The notes: a model not told the origin generated them from the letters alone. Shown: positions 38,036-52,093, numbered from the stretch's first letter. The stretch: 64,000 nt of DNA from Felis catus (GCF_018350175.1 NC_058368.1:75456001-75520000); one strand, 5' to 3'. Numbers and translations are program-made.

Positions 38036-39850
38036 GAAGAATATTTTAGATAACAAAAAGCATTCGAATTTTTCTTGCACCTTTTGACAGAAGTAGGCTA
38101 CATGGTTAGCACAGTACTGAAGACACTCTGGGAACCACCTTTTAAAAAGTTTGAGACCAGCAAGGTCTTTGCGTCTATCGTAGTGGCTTAAGCAGGGTAG
38201 ATATTCAACACATATTTGGGGTAACTACAACGTGTTTGGGTGGATATTAAAAAAAAAAAACCTTGCAATCTTGGTTGCCTGTGGTGTAGTGGAATCTCAT
38301 ACCTGATTTTTCTCCATTAAGAATCTTCCTTTGTGGAAGGTTGTATGTCAATTGTGGCAAACAGGTTACCATTCTGTGGTCAGCCTGAAATTTTAATCCA
38401 AACCTCTGTTACCAAGACACTGCTCCACCAGAAAGCCAATTAATGTCCCTCAAAAACATAAATTGTATATTTAAAATATATTTAGAAATTTTCATCGGGA
38501 CAATGACATACATCTAGATGCATATAATTTATCACTATTTACCTAAGTAGTTTTTGAGGTTTATGTTTGTGGCCAACGTCACACTTTTGTTCCTACTGCA
38601 AAACCATTTTTAAATGTTTGTGTATAGACCAAAACGAGGGTCCTGGAAGCCACTTTGTCCCACATGCCTGGAACGTCCTTCTTTCCCTGAGAGGTCCCAA
38701 CTCACAGGCAGCAAAGTAGAATCTTGCGTAAGGAGTAGCGGGCACCCGGAAGCCATTTTGTTGACTCTCTTCCTCTTTCTGGAAGCTCCAGGTAGAGCTG
38801 CCTGAGAAACTTTCTGGCCTCTCAGCTAGCAACAGTAATGACTGGTGGGAGGCCCCCATACTTAGATAAACCAACACGACAGATCATTTCATTATCTCCC
38901 CGTCAGAAAATACCCTTACTTATGTCAGAAGCTTCTCATGCAGACCACTGTTTAGTGACATGTAGTAAATAAACATCGTCTTGTTGGTAAATCAATACAT
39001 ACTTTCAAAAACAATTGTAGAATGTATTTGGGAAACTATTCAGAAAAATGAATACAAATTAAATATTGCCTGTAAGTGGGAAACTATTGCTAATTTGACT
39101 CGCTGTGCTATCGGCATTTTGATTACAGAAGAGAACGTCCTGAGTTACAGGATAGCCAAGCTGAACTGCGTAAAGATGAGACGTCCTGATAATTTTAGTC
39201 TATTTTCATATGGTTGTGTGTCCACACACATGCACAAACAGATTACACAAAAACAAAGATAAAAATATTAATGATTGTTGGATCTGGATGGTGAATATCC
39301 GGGTGTTTATTATACTATTACTCAAACTCTTTAGCACGTTAGGATTTTTTTCTTAAAGACTTAGAACAAAACAGATGAGAAAAAAAGTACAGAACTGCTT
39401 TTATAAACCAACAATAAAGTGATGCATAAGGCTGTCCTAGTTAATTTGAAAATTAAAGAATTCTGTATTAATTTTTTAGTTCAAGTTTATATCATTCTTT
39501 TAAAATTTCAATTCTGTTTGTGGTTAACAGTACCTATAATACATTAATATAGGGTGCATTTAAATAGTTTCTATGAGGAAATATACATATAAAGAGTATA
39601 TTTGATAATAAATTATGGGAAACTATTTGATTTTGCCATACCACAATTCACAATATATGGCTACTTCAAGTCCCAAATGAATAATTTTCTAAAAAAACAG
39701 TTTTCTGTGACGCGTTACCCTCAGAATGTTAAAATTTTCGACAATAAATAATTGCAAAAGTCATTATAGGGAAAAGAAAGGGAAAAATATGCCCTACCCA
39801 CACAATCAGAAAAGATCATGGCTTAAAGAATGAAAAGATAAAGAAATTCT

Positions 39851-40056
39851 TTTTTTTTTTTCAACGTTTATTTATTTTTGGGACAGAGAGAGACAGAGCA
39901 TGAACGGGGGAGAGAGAGGGAGACACAGAATCGGAAACAGGCTCCAGGCTCCGAGCCATCCGCCCAGAGCCTGACGCGGGGCTCGAACTCACGGAGCGCG
40001 AGATCGTGACCTGGCTGAAGTCGGACGCTTAACCGACTGCGCCACCCAGGCGCCCC
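39851..40056 (-). mobile_element. Can-SINE, young feline subfamily, small internal deletion
   Basis: Perfect 19-bp TSD gaaaagataaagaaattct at 39832-39850 and 40057-40075; lacks about 8 nt of the ggggcagag segment. Confidence 0.97.
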
Positions 40057-43000
40057 GAAAAGATAAAGAAATTCTATGTGATGGGTGGCCACAAACTTAT
40101 AAATGGGAATTGTTTGAAAGGACAGTAGGAATATAACACATGCAGATTTCGTTCTGTGTTGGGATTAATATGACTTGAATGTGGTCGGGCACCATGATGT
40201 TAGAGAACAGAAAAACAGTTAACACTGAATTTAGGAGGAAATGGAGCTCGGTGGAATGGGTGAAGATTTTCTTTTCAGGAATTCAAAGAGGTGACATTTT
40301 CCTCGCAGTAATTTCGTGAAATGCTTTGGTGCTTCAACATATATATTAATGGGCAGATTCTGAAACGAATTCGTAATGGTAAAAGGTTATAGAGTAATTG
40401 CCCTTAAGAACTCGTGTAATTTGCAAATGCAGGACCGTATTTGGAAGGTAGGAGGTGGTGTTTCTGGTGTGCATTGGGAGGGGGTATTCTAGTTTCACAG
40501 GATCCATAGTGGATTTGGGGGACACAAGAGCAACCCAGATGCATGAAAGCACCGGGCCAGTGGGTGGAGAGACAGCTTCCCCAGAGGCTCAAATGCCTTC
40601 CCAACTCCAGTCACACTCTGCACAATTTCTCCTTCCTGTTAAATTCTTAGCTGACCCCTGAAATCTCTGATCGCCTGATCAAGGATGAAAAGGTACATTC
40701 ATTCTAGCTGCAGTCACAGACGCTTTATGTGCTGCACAAGCAAACTTTCCTTAAAATTAGCCGACAAAACCGTAGGAAGATTGGGACCTGGCTGTTTTAA
40801 GAATACCTTCTCAAGTAGTGCAGAGGGTTCCTAATTTTATTACCAGTGCTTAAGTGAAGACGTGCTCTGTGATATCTCTTCATCTTGGTTTTTCAACCAC
40901 AAGAACAGTTTTTCTGTCTCAGGGATGTTGAGTTGAGGCATTCAGTGCATTCAGGTTTTTATTCCCCGCATTTGGAAGAATTTCAACTATACAGACGGCT
41001 TTGTCTAGTTTGACAATCTTACTTCCCAGTAACATAACTGATACACTTTAAACACAGAGTTACCATGATAAAAAAAAAAAAAATACTGATGTGTAATCTT
41101 TTCCTACAATTAGCTCAATTTAATTCAAGTATCGCTCTCCCTTAAAGACAGTTGGCTAATTCTATAAATCCCCATTTAGAACTGCTTACTCAACTGAACT
41201 GCGATGTGCATATCAGCTGCTGCCGGGTAGGTGAACTTTATCTTCCCCTCATTTGGCTAAAGCATATGGTGCCTTCTTTGTTTTGAAATAAAATAGCACT
41301 GGGCATTCCTTCCTTGCCCATTAGAGTCTTGGAAATACGTATATAATTCTGGCTTGGTTTAAGAATTTCATAAGCAGTGATGAAATCAGAGTTTATTATA
41401 ACTGGCCATATTATAACTGCCCTATTTAAGACGCGAAACTTATATTTAAGAATTATTATGCACAGTGGCAACATAGTAATACTGACTTTATTAGCTCATG
41501 GATTGCTACGTACAATGAGTTGTATAAAACGTTGATTTTGCTCCTGCTGACATTGTTTCCACCCTGCAGTAATGTGAGCTGTAGCAAATCACATATAACA
41601 ATCTGTGGGTCTCCGAAGCTCGGCCTTTTCTTTCCCTTGCAAACACACTTTAAAAACTGGTGCATTTTGCAAGATGGAGAGCACGTGTCAGCATTTTAGG
41701 CAGCTTAAGCAAGGTAACCACTAGTGTGGATAAATGGGAGGTTCGGTTTCTTAAATAGATGGCTGTGCTAAAAGTACAGACGTTTCATTAACAATTGATT
41801 TCATCTCTTAGATGGAATGCGATAACGGAGAAAGAGAAGGATGCAAAGGAAAAAGAAAAACGGAGAGCCATATAAATGGAAAACCATCACAGGTATTTGG
41901 AAGAACCTTCATGGCCAGAACCCTAGGAATAATTGGGGCCCGTCCTTTATGATAAAACGGTACCCAAGTTGATCTGTCTGACCGCGCTTGCTTTCTAAGG
42001 GAACAGGAAGTTCCCCAAGCAGCCCTCTGCAATTCTTGATGGTGTCAGTTTTGATGGAAAACAAGCAAACCGTGGCCAGTTACAGTGACATGTGGGAAAG
42101 TCCTGTTTAAACACACCAAAGTCACATATTGAGGTAATAGAACCTTAAAGAAAGGTGGTTTTAATAAAGAATTCTTTTTATACTGGACACATTTGTTTAG
42201 ATTTATATTCTGTAGACTCTGATGACAACTCAATACTGATTGCTCCAGACCTCTGTATTAATAAGATTTAATATAGTGAAGTTTCCAGAAATGTGTTTTT
42301 TGAAATATTATGAGTCAGGAAATATTCCTCTGAAGCTGAATCTCATCAACAGATTTTATGAGTTTGAACTCAAAGAATTATATATAGTTTCTAAGCAAAA
42401 AAAGGACCCCAAAGCAAGCAAATTAGTTAACTAGTTCGTATGCATGACAGATACGTAGTCTAGAATGCAATACATCTTCCAGGAAACTTTTGAAGTCACA
42501 TTTTTGGAGTTAAGAGTAGAACAGAATCCATTCTGTTTGCAGATGTATTACATTGCAATTGCCAAAGGTCTCAGGCCGAAATATTCGTTCTTTTAAAACG
42601 CACTACAGATTTAGAAATTTTAAATAGGCCTCTTAGATCATTCAAAAGAGGTGAAAAATTACATGTTGGAAATACAAAGAATTCAGTATGTATGCGGTAA
42701 CTTGATTTAACAATGAGGGTAAATTTCCCATAGAGTAAAATCATTTTAGGATGTTTTCATAAGGAAGGCTTGATGCTAATATAATTATTTTATGATCAGA
42801 AAAGAACATTTGGAATAGATATATTTGGGGAAAAACTATCTTTTGTAATTAATGTGGTTATTTCACTTGCTCTGAGGCAATTTATCCCTTCTATATTTTA
42901 ATTTCAGTGCTTCTTTCCAAATTTTAGAGAAACCATCTTATATTACCTATGAATTTATTTAATTTTTAAAATGCCAAATAGGGATAAGCTCTTTTTATAA

Positions 43001-45387
43001 TGTGAATTTAAGCATTTTATGTTAAGCATATTTAAGAATTTAATGTGAATAAAGACAGAAAACCTTGATAAATTCCTGAGATAATTATATTTCCATTTGA
43101 AATCTCATATGACGACATCGGGATAATTCAAGTGTGTTTAGATGCATGCATGCAACAGTTGGAATATTCATTGGCACTAGCCTCAAGTCCCGTCTTTCCA
43201 AAAGGAATTTTACATGAAAATGAACAAAAACCAACTAAAACCAAAATTAATCTTCAAATACTGCATCCAACCTCGTTAGAAATATTCTCATCTGTCTCAC
43301 CATAATACATCATAATGACATTATTCTTTTCTTTGAGTGCAGAATCCTCTCAAGATAATGATATTGCTCTAGGCAACACTTCCAAGTTTGATCACTTGAC
43401 AATTAATCACATCACAGTTTCTTTTTATTTAATACTAATGGTGCACCTATTGATTTGCCTTAATACCTAATGATGCATGAAAAATGTGTACGATCAAATG
43501 TCATTCTGGATGCGGGTCCAACAATAGTCAATTTAATAAAGGCATTTATACAATCAGCTCCCTAATATGATGTAGCTGTAAAGCATAAGTACTTAAAAGT
43601 AAGGCCATTTTCCAAATTTCAACCAATTTGGCAGGATCATCAAAATTGACATTGTTAAAAACAAAAACCACAACCATATTCAACGAAACATAAACATACG
43701 AAAACAGATACGATAACATATTTAGCATAACATGGAGTAAACTGTTTAAAAAGTAAATGTTTTTATCGACTGCGAAAAATACTGAACCCAATGCAAGAGG
43801 TTCTTCTATAACAACAACAAAAATAATTTCCAATGAACTTGTAATTGTCAATGTGATATCACACCGAAAACTTTGGTTGACATATTGATATTTTCTATCT
43901 TAAATTCCTTTGATTTATATAAAAACGCAGGAGATTTTCTGACACTCTGTCATTGTAATAAGGATGTGTATTTCAAAGAGTATTATGTTTGTCAAGGGAA
44001 AATGCTGCATAACAGAATCAATAGTAGCAATATAACTTCCAAACCAGATTCCTCTAAGGAAAGGCTTCTGGAAAAGTTTTTATTATAATTGATGCACTCT
44101 GGTGTTAGGAGCAGAATTTTCCAGCTGAAAAATGTCTCTCACGGTTCATAGTCAGCCCAAGAATCTGGCTGATGTCGACCACCCACTTAAGCAGCGGAGA
44201 CCTGGGAAATTGTTAATTACTGATCCCTTTCCTTGGAAGCCTTGAAGTTAACACTTTGATACCTGCTACATCCTCTCGATCATCGTGCTGTTTATATATC
44301 AGCAGCTTTCCCTTTGATCATTCTCCTCATTATCTGATCCATTATAAACTGTTTTGCTCGACTATCTACCAGAATCCCAGGGTGATCACATGACCCCTGC
44401 TCAAACTCTTTCAACATTGTGACGTTTTCACATCAGTAGTTGAGTCATATTTCTTCCCGAAATATTTCTATGTCTTTATTATTATACTATCTTCCGCATC
44501 ATTCCTACTTCGTTCCCTATCCTTTTATTTCTGCTTGCCATTCCTCAGCCAGGTAGAAATACGATGTAACAAAATTATGAGGTTCTTATGAGCAGAGTGC
44601 GAATAGAAGTACCTTCTCTGTCTTTTACAGTTCTGACAATGGTGGAAGAATAATGCATTCTGTCCTCACTTTGGTGTGTAAGGGCAAAATCAATATTTGG
44701 ATGCATGGCTGCCTTAACTAAGTCAACGAGCAGTGTGCATGCTGTACCTGAATCTTCATACGGGGGTTTTAAGTGTTCCTTCTTGCTAATTTATTAAAAG
44801 GAGTACCCAAAATATTATGAGGTTGGACTGGTGGAAGCCTATATTTACTGGAGTCTTGTGATTCTAAGCTTTTACAATGTGTGCTCTTTATAGAAGGGGG
44901 AAAAAACCCACCCCATCATCATCATTATCACACACAAATGTATATTGTTGACGAGCAAGGTTGGTTCAATATTTGAGAATTAATCAATATAATGTAGAAG
45001 AGAAAAATCATTTCATCATGTCAGTTGGTGCAGACAAGTTGACAAGTTCAGTCCCATTCATGATAAAAACTGTCACAAAAATAACAATAGAAGGCAACTT
45101 ATTTAACTTGATAAAGAGACTCTACAAAAAACTTACAGCTAACATTATACTTAATGATGAAATAATGAAATATTTGTCTCCCTCCCCCCCAAAAAATGAA
45201 GAAGTCAAGGATTCCACTCATCATATTTATTCAATACAGTGCTGGAAGTTCTAAATAGTGCAGGCAGTAAGATAAGAAAGGAAATAAAATGCATTGGGAT
45301 TAGAAAGCAAAAAACACAGTTGTCCCTATTTAGGAATGACATAATTGCCTTGGTAGAAAATTCTACAGAGTCTACAATAAACATTTT

Positions 45388-45608
45388 ATTTATTTATTTA
45401 TTTTTACATTTATTTATTTTTGAGAGACAGAAGGAGACAAAGCATGAGCAGGGGAGGGGCAGAGAGAGAGGGAGACACAGAATCGGAAGCAGGCTTCAGG
45501 CTCCGAGCTGTCAGCACAGAGGCCAATGCGGGGCTCGAACCCACAAACCGTGAGATCACGACCTGAGCCGAAACCGGACACTCAACTGACTGAGCCATCC
45601 AGGCGTCC
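45388..45608 (-). mobile_element. Can-SINE in L1
   Basis: TSD ctacaataaac on both sides. Confidence 0.96.
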
Positions 45609-45651
45609 CTACAATAAACTTTTAAAGCTAAGAAGTGAATTCATCAAAGTT

Positions 45652-45932
45652 ACAGACTCATAAATAGTAGAACAAACTGGTGGTTGTCAGAGGGGGGATT
45701 GGGGGGTAAGAGGGACTAGATGAATGAAGGGGATGCAGGCTCTCAGTGATGGAATGAACAAGTCACAGGGGTGAAAGGCACAGCATAGGGAATGGAGTCA
45801 ATGGTGTTGCACAATGCTGTATGGTGACAGGTGGTAGAAATACTTGTGGTGAGCACAGCATCACATACAGAATCACTATGTTGTACACCTGCAGGTAACG
45901 TAACATTGGGTCAACGATTCTTCAATTAAAAA
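45652..45932 (+). mobile_element. 5'-truncated carnivore-type L1 3' end nested in the older L1
   Basis: acagactc...gaacaaactggtggttgtcagaggg...aagtcacaggggtgaaaggcacagcataggg...atcactatgttgtacacctg...cttcaattaaaaa. Confidence 0.85.
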
Positions 45933-46491
45933 CAAGAGGTAGACATAAAAAAATCTCTTATAGGTATACTAGCAGTGAACAGCATTACACTAAAATTACA
46001 ACCACAGTACCATTTGCAATCACTCTAAAACAGTGAATACTTCGATGCAAGTCTAACCGGCATTCGCAGGTAAAAGGAATTTAGGAGATTGAAATAAATG
46101 GAGAGGTACACCATGCTTGTAGATTGGAAGATTCAGCATAATAATGATGTCAATGCTCCCAAAATTTATATGCAATTTTAATGCGATTTCTGTCAAAATC
46201 CCTAGTGATATTTTTCACAGACATAGTCATGATCGTATAAAACTCGTCTGGAAAGACATTCTTATGAACTAGAGTTATACCACTTTGAAAAGAAAGAATA
46301 AAGTGAGTGGAGACAGTCTACTCAATTTCAAGACTTATTGCATAGATATAGCAATCAATGCTGTGGTATTGACAGAGGGATATGGATCAACAGAACAGAA
46401 TACAAAGCCCAGAAATAGGCACACAGAAATTTACCAAGGAATTTTTGACAAAGGCATGAAAACAGATCAATGGAGAACAGACAGCCATTTT

Positions 46492-46707
46492 AAAATATTT
46501 TTTAAACTTTCATTTATGTTTGGAAAACAGAGAGAGACAGCATGAAAGGGGGAGGAGCACAGAGAGAGAGAAACACAGAATCTAAAGCAGGTGCCAGGCT
46601 CTGAGGTGTCAGCACAGAGCCCGACGCGGGGCTGGAACCCACGAACTGCAAGATCATGACCTGAGCCAAATTTGGACGCTTAACCGACTGAGCCACCCAG
46701 GTGCCCC
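46492..46707 (-). mobile_element. Can-SINE in L1
   Basis: Antisense body; degenerate TSD. Confidence 0.95.
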
Positions 46708-46768
46708 AAAGATGGCCTTTTTTTACAAATGGTGTTGGAACAGTAGAACATCTGTAGGCATACACGTG

Positions 46769-46769
<1 letters not shown>

Positions 46770-46800
<31 letters not shown>
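46770..46800 (+). repeat. (CA)n microsatellite
   Basis: Seen directly. Confidence 0.95.
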
Positions 46801-46801
<1 letters not shown>

Positions 46802-46889
46802 CTTCAACCAAACCCTCACATCTTAAACAAAAAGTAACTCAAAAGGAATCATGGACTAAAACCCAGATTGTAAAAGTGTAGAACTTTTA

Positions 46890-47094
46890 TTTTTTGATTT
46901 ATTGATTTATTTTGAGTGAGAAAGAAAGTGCTCAAGGGCAGAGAGAGAGAGAGGGAGAGAGGGAGAATCCCAAGCAGGCTCCGCACCATCAGCACAGAGC
47001 CCAATGCAGGGCTCGAACTCACAGACCGCGAGATCATGACCTGAGCTGAAATCAAGAGTCGGGTGAATAACCCACTGAGACACCCAGGCGCCCC
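46890..47094 (-). mobile_element. Can-SINE in L1
   Basis: TSD core tgtagaactt on both sides. Confidence 0.95.
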
Positions 47095-48164
47095 CAAATG
47101 TAGAACTTCTAACAAAAAATACAGAATAAATTATTTGAAATTTAGGGCAAGGCAGAAGGTGGAGACCTAACAGCAGAAACACAACCCATAAGAGCAGACA
47201 TTATTAAATAGAACTTGATTAAAAAATAGTTTGCTCTGAGAAAGACTCCTTTAACAGAATAAAAAGCTACAGGGAAAAAAGATGTGACCATACGCTTCCC
47301 CGAAAAAGGCACAGGGATAGGAAAAGAACACATGAGGTGATGATCACCTCGATTAGCCCTTCAGCAAATGCAAATTAAAACCACAATGAAATTCCATCAC
47401 GCAGCCATCAGAATAGCTAACATAAAAATTAATGAAAACACCAAATGCTGATGAGGAAGGTAGGAAACTATATAACTCACCATCCCATGGCTTGTGGGTA
47501 TGTAAACGAGGACAGCAACTCTAGACAACAGCTTCACGGTTAAAAAAAAAAAATTGCAAATATCATACAACCTAGAAATTGTACTCCTGGGCATTTTCCC
47601 TAGAGAAGCGCAGACTTTTGTTCACCCCAAAACCTGTGCAGACACGTTTCTAGCAGCTTGATTCATTATAGCCTAAAACTAGAAACACCTCATACCTTGA
47701 ATGAATGAAAGCTAAAAAACAAAACAAAACAAAACAAAACAAGAAAACAAACAAAAACTCGTGCAGCCATGTGATTGAATAGAATTGAGTAGAAACGGCC
47801 TATTGATGGATGTACAAACCTGAATGAATTCACAGAAAATTATGCTGAGCGGAAAAAAAGCAATTGCAAAGGGGTATAAGTGTATCCACGTGTACGTAAC
47901 ATTCTTGAAATGACAATATTATAGGAGTGGTACGCAGGCGATTGATTTCCAGGGATTGGAGACAAGGATGGGGGCAGTGTGATAAGGCTGCAGAAGAAAG
48001 TATAAGGGAGACTTATGGTGATGTGCATATTTGTCTATTGATTCAGTCAAGGTTAATATCCTGATGTGATACATACATCGTCCGATAAGATGTGCCCATT
48101 GGTGGCAGCTGGGTAAAGGGTAAATTGGATATCCATATTAATTCTTAAAACTACGTGTGAATCT

Positions 48165-48388
48165 GGGGCGCCTGGGTGGCTCAGTTGGTTAAGTTTCTGA
48201 CTTCAGCTCAGGTCATGATCTCCCAGTCCGTGAGTTTGAGCCCCGCGTCGGGCTCTGTGCCGACGGCTCAGAGCCTGTAGCCTGCTTCAGATTCTGTGTC
48301 TCCTTCTCTCTCTGCGCCTCCCCTGTTTGTGCTCTCTCTCTCTCTCTCTCTCTCAAAAATAAACAAACATTAAAAGAAAATATAAAAA
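48165..48388 (+). mobile_element. Can-SINE in L1 3' end
   Basis: TSD aaaactacgtgtgaatc / aaaactgcatgtgaatc. Confidence 0.96.
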
Positions 48389-48780
48389 AAAACTGCATGT
48401 GAATCCATAATTATCTCAAAATAAAGTATTTAACTAAAAAACATGACAATGCTAATTTAATATCTGACGTAGAAACATAGTTTTTCATGTTTGTAGGTGT
48501 GGTAATTATATTGTTTCTGTTTCTTTGAGATTTTCTGTCATTTAGAGATACATTCTAAAAAAATTAACTCGCAAATGATATCTAGTATTTGCTTCAAAAT
48601 TAGTTGGGAGTGTGGGGGTGAGGGCTGAGATCGGGTTAAGTGGGAGCTACAGATTAGAAGGCAAGCATGTGGTGATGCACACAATATGATTGAGGAGTTA
48701 ACCGAAAAGGTGGAATTCAGTAGAAAATCGTGGAGTTTGTTTTTAGACGTATGTTACACTTTGGTATTGCAAGGATTCCT

Positions 48781-48963
48781 TTTTTAAAAGTCTATTTGTT
48801 GTCAGAGAGAGAGAGAGAGAACACAAGTGGGGAGGAGGGAGGGAGAGGGAGAGAGAGAATCTCCAGCAGGCTCCTCACCCTCCGGGCAGAGCCAGACGTG
48901 AGACCTTGACCTGAGTAAAATCACCAGTTGGAGACTTAACTGACTGAGCCACCCAGGAGCCCC
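48781..48963 (-). mobile_element. Can-SINE, diverged, internal deletion
   Basis: TSD core gcaaggattc on both sides. Confidence 0.92.
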
Positions 48964-49009
48964 AGTAGCGCAAGGATTCTTGGTCAGTTTTGTTGCGGTG
49001 GTGGTTGCT

Positions 49010-49270
49010 ATTCCATGGAACCGTTGGGCGGTCTGGGAAAGCTCTGATTAATTGGCATAATGCGTATAAATATCTAGGATTACGAAGAAAGCCAATTGTA
49101 TTGAAATGCAGTTGTCAAAACATTAAACATAAATCCGGTAATGTGCACACTTTTATAAGGCATTAAGTGATTTGACATTTAAAGTATAGGAGGTTAAAGT
49201 TATATTTTATTTTTAAATGAGATCTCTGTGCGAATGCTGATATTCATCAGCCTGAATGTGAATATTAAAG
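49010..49270. mobile_element. Charlie4-like hAT remnant
   Basis: ccatggaaccgttgggcggtctgggaaagc and taggattacgaagaaagccaattgtattgaaatgcagttgtcaaaac resemble the Charlie4 consensus. Confidence 0.6.
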
Positions 49271-49579
49271 TGTCAGTGCTTTGACCCACCTCCTTCCATA
49301 TGTTGTTCAGGAGATAATGATAGAGAGGGAATAACACATAGCAGCATAACAAGGACTGGCCTCTACACCATACAGGGCAGGGCTTTCAAATTCAGAACAC
49401 ATTAATGGTGGGCTAACTGGGTCCCACGATGGGTTGGGGGCATGACTGCCACAGTCAAGTGCAGGAATATGGTACATACTCTACATTCCAGAATATAGTG
49501 ATGGGTTATTTACTAAAGTAATAACAATGTAGTAACTATTGTAAAGGATATCTTAATCCATTTGCTGCAATCTTCTTTT

Positions 49580-49792
49580 TTTAAATTTTTTTAAACATTT
49601 ATTTATCTTCAAGAGAAAGATAGAGAGTCCAAGCAGTGAGGGGCGGAGAGAGAGGGAGACACAGAATCCGAAGCAGGCTCCGGGCTCCGAGCCGTCAGCA
49701 CAGAGCCCGACGCGGGGCTCGAACCCACGGACTGTGAGATCATGACCTGAGCTGAAGTCGGACACCCCACCGACTGAGCCACCCAGGCTCCC
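49580..49792 (-). mobile_element. Can-SINE
   Basis: TSD ctgcaatcttctttt / ctgcaatcatctttt. Confidence 0.96.
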
Positions 49793-50431
49793 CTGCAATC
49801 ATCTTTTATAGGGAAACATCTGTGCTATATGGTGTCAGACTTATGGGGATTGCTAATATTACAATGGCTTATGAAACACACTGACGATTTTAAAAAGCGA
49901 CCAACTTCACTAGAGGTTAATGTAAATAAAGATGCCAATTTTTCCCATCTCACCAGATTTCCATACAGGGACCTTATGTGGGTCTCAAAAAAATTTTTTT
50001 TAATTAAAGAAGTTAGTACCAAGACTTAACTGAAGTTTAGGAAAAGGGTTAAGACATAAATAGATTCAGAGACTTTCGATATACAGGAAGATAATAAACT
50101 TGGAGTTAATGGTGCCCCTAAAGGAAGAGGGATTTTGAGAAAATAGAAGGGAAATGGTCCCTTTGAATTACACCTATAGTAAGGTGATATAAGAAAGAAG
50201 ACAATTCTATTTGGCATGAAAGATATATGAGACAGAGGAACAGAGGCTCAGAGAAAAAGTCCAGAAGAGCTTTGGAACATAGTATCTAATTCAGTCAAAG
50301 GGCAACCTGGCTGAGCTTAATATGGTCTAGCTGATTATTCCAACATTCATATTATCAACCATGGAGAAATGTTAGTTTACTGGTCAGGTGACATTTTGTG
50401 GAACATGCTGCTTAAAATATTCAGTAGGATC

Positions 50432-50645
50432 AGGGCATGTGGGTGGCTCAGTCGGTTAAGCGGCTGACTTTGGCTCAGGTCATGATCTCTCAGTCCGTGA
50501 GTTCGAGCCCCGCTTCGGGCTCTGTGCTGACAGCTCAGAGCCTGGAGCCTGTTTCGGATTCTGTGTCTCCCTCTCTCTGACCCTCCCCTGTTCATGCTCT
50601 GTCTCTCCCTGTCTCAAAAATAAATAAACGTTAAAATTAAAAAAA
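50432..50645 (+). mobile_element. Can-SINE (cluster member 1)
   Basis: TSD core tattcagtagg on both sides. Confidence 0.96.
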
Positions 50646-50667
50646 AGTATTCAGTAGGCTGAATTCT

Positions 50668-50724
50668 TTTTTTTTGTAATTTTTTAATGTTTATTTTTGA
50701 GAGAGACACACACACACATACACA

Positions 50725-50776
<52 letters not shown>

Positions 50777-50942
50777 GTGAGTGGGGGAGGGGCAGAGAGA
50801 GAAGGAGACGCAGAATCCGAAGCAGGCTCCAGGCTCTGAGCTGTCAGCACAGAGTCCAACGCGGGGCTCGAACACAGGAACCATGAGATCATAACCTAAG
50901 CCAAAGTCGGACGCTTAACCGAATGAGCCACCCAGTTGCCCC
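50668..50942 (-). mobile_element. Can-SINE with internal (CA)n expansion (cluster member 2)
   Basis: Antisense body; (CA)n at ~50706-50771; flanked by gaattct. Confidence 0.95.
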
Positions 50943-50950
50943 AGAATTCT

Positions 50951-51147
50951 TTTTTTTTTAATGTTTATTTTTGAGAGAGAGAGGGAGAGAACAGGGGAGG
51001 GTCAGAGAAAGAGAGGGAGACAGAGGATCTGAAGCAGACTGTGCACTGAAAGCAGAGAGGCAGACCTGGGGCTCGAACTCATGAACCGTGATAACATGAC
51101 TTGAGCCCAAGTCAGACGCTCGACCAACTGGGCCACCCAGGCATCTC
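50951..51147 (-). mobile_element. Can-SINE, diverged (cluster member 3)
   Basis: Antisense body; TSD ttcagtaggctgaattct / ttcataggcagaattct. Confidence 0.93.
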
Positions 51148-51149
51148 TT

Positions 51150-51745
51150 CATAGGCAGAATTCTAATGATGTGTTCTGCAATCTCATCACCTGGTTATTT
51201 AATCAAACACTAATCTAGATACTACTGTGAAGGGTCTGTTCAGATGTAATTAAAGTTACTATATAATGACCTGAAAATAAGGTGATTATCCTGGATTATG
51301 CATAAGGACCCCGGTTGAATCACTTGAGCCCTTTAAAAGCAAAAGCATTTCTCCAGTTGGAATCAGATGTGTGGCTGAACAGGTAGGCAGAGAGAGGGCG
51401 CGCAGAAAGATCTGAAGTGTAAGACAAACTCAGCCTCCCATTGTTGGCTTGAAGACTGAGGAAGCAGGCCATTGGCCAAGGAAAGTGGTCATTCTCCAGA
51501 ACTGAGAACCATCCATGTCCAATAGCCAGCAACCTCAACTCTACCACCCCATGGAACTAAATTCTGCAAACAACCTGAGTAAGTTTGGAGGTGGAGCCTC
51601 CTGTGACTGCTCCAGAAAGGAACACAGCCCTGAAGACACCTTGATTTGACCTTGTGAACCCCAAGCCACTGTGCTTAGACTTCTGACCCACAGAACTATG
51701 AGGAAGTAGATGGGTGTTGTTGTTTATCTACAACAAACAGAAGCA
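51150..51745 (+). mobile_element. MLT1E-like (MaLR) solo LTR
   Basis: taggcagaattcta start, aatcaaacactaatctag, gattatcctggattat, gaactaaattctgcaaacaacctgag, acttctgacccacagaact. Confidence 0.88.
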
Positions 51746-52093
51746 GGATGTTAGATGCTTATGCGCAGGGTTGACATATATGGTCCATGGCCCCGGTCAT
51801 CGGATCACACGAAAGCATTCACACAACAATGACAGGTTCCAGAGGCACGAATGGGGAACAGAACACTTGACACGTGTCTTTGTTTAACAATTCACTAATA
51901 GCCTCGGATTCCTAGCAACGACCCAGGACAGGGTGGGAAGCCACTGGTGTCATTAGAATTAGTTTCAAATCCTTTCTCTCCGGTCCTTGATTCATCACCC
52001 CCTAAATCGCTAGCTTGAGTGAAATATCTCAGTGTTGACATTGCCATCATGAATTATTACAGGACAGAGAATGTTTTCAAACAAAACTGTACT

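Larger units (their letters stand above)
44955..48440 (+). mobile_element. Old L1 (L1MC/L1MD-like) remnant, decayed ORF2 through 3' end, with nested insertions
   Basis: ORF2-like peptides (FMIKT...IEGNLFNLIKRLYKKLTANIILN, KEIKCIGIRK...LSLF) and 3' end gtgaatc...attatctcaaaataaa. Confidence 0.92.
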
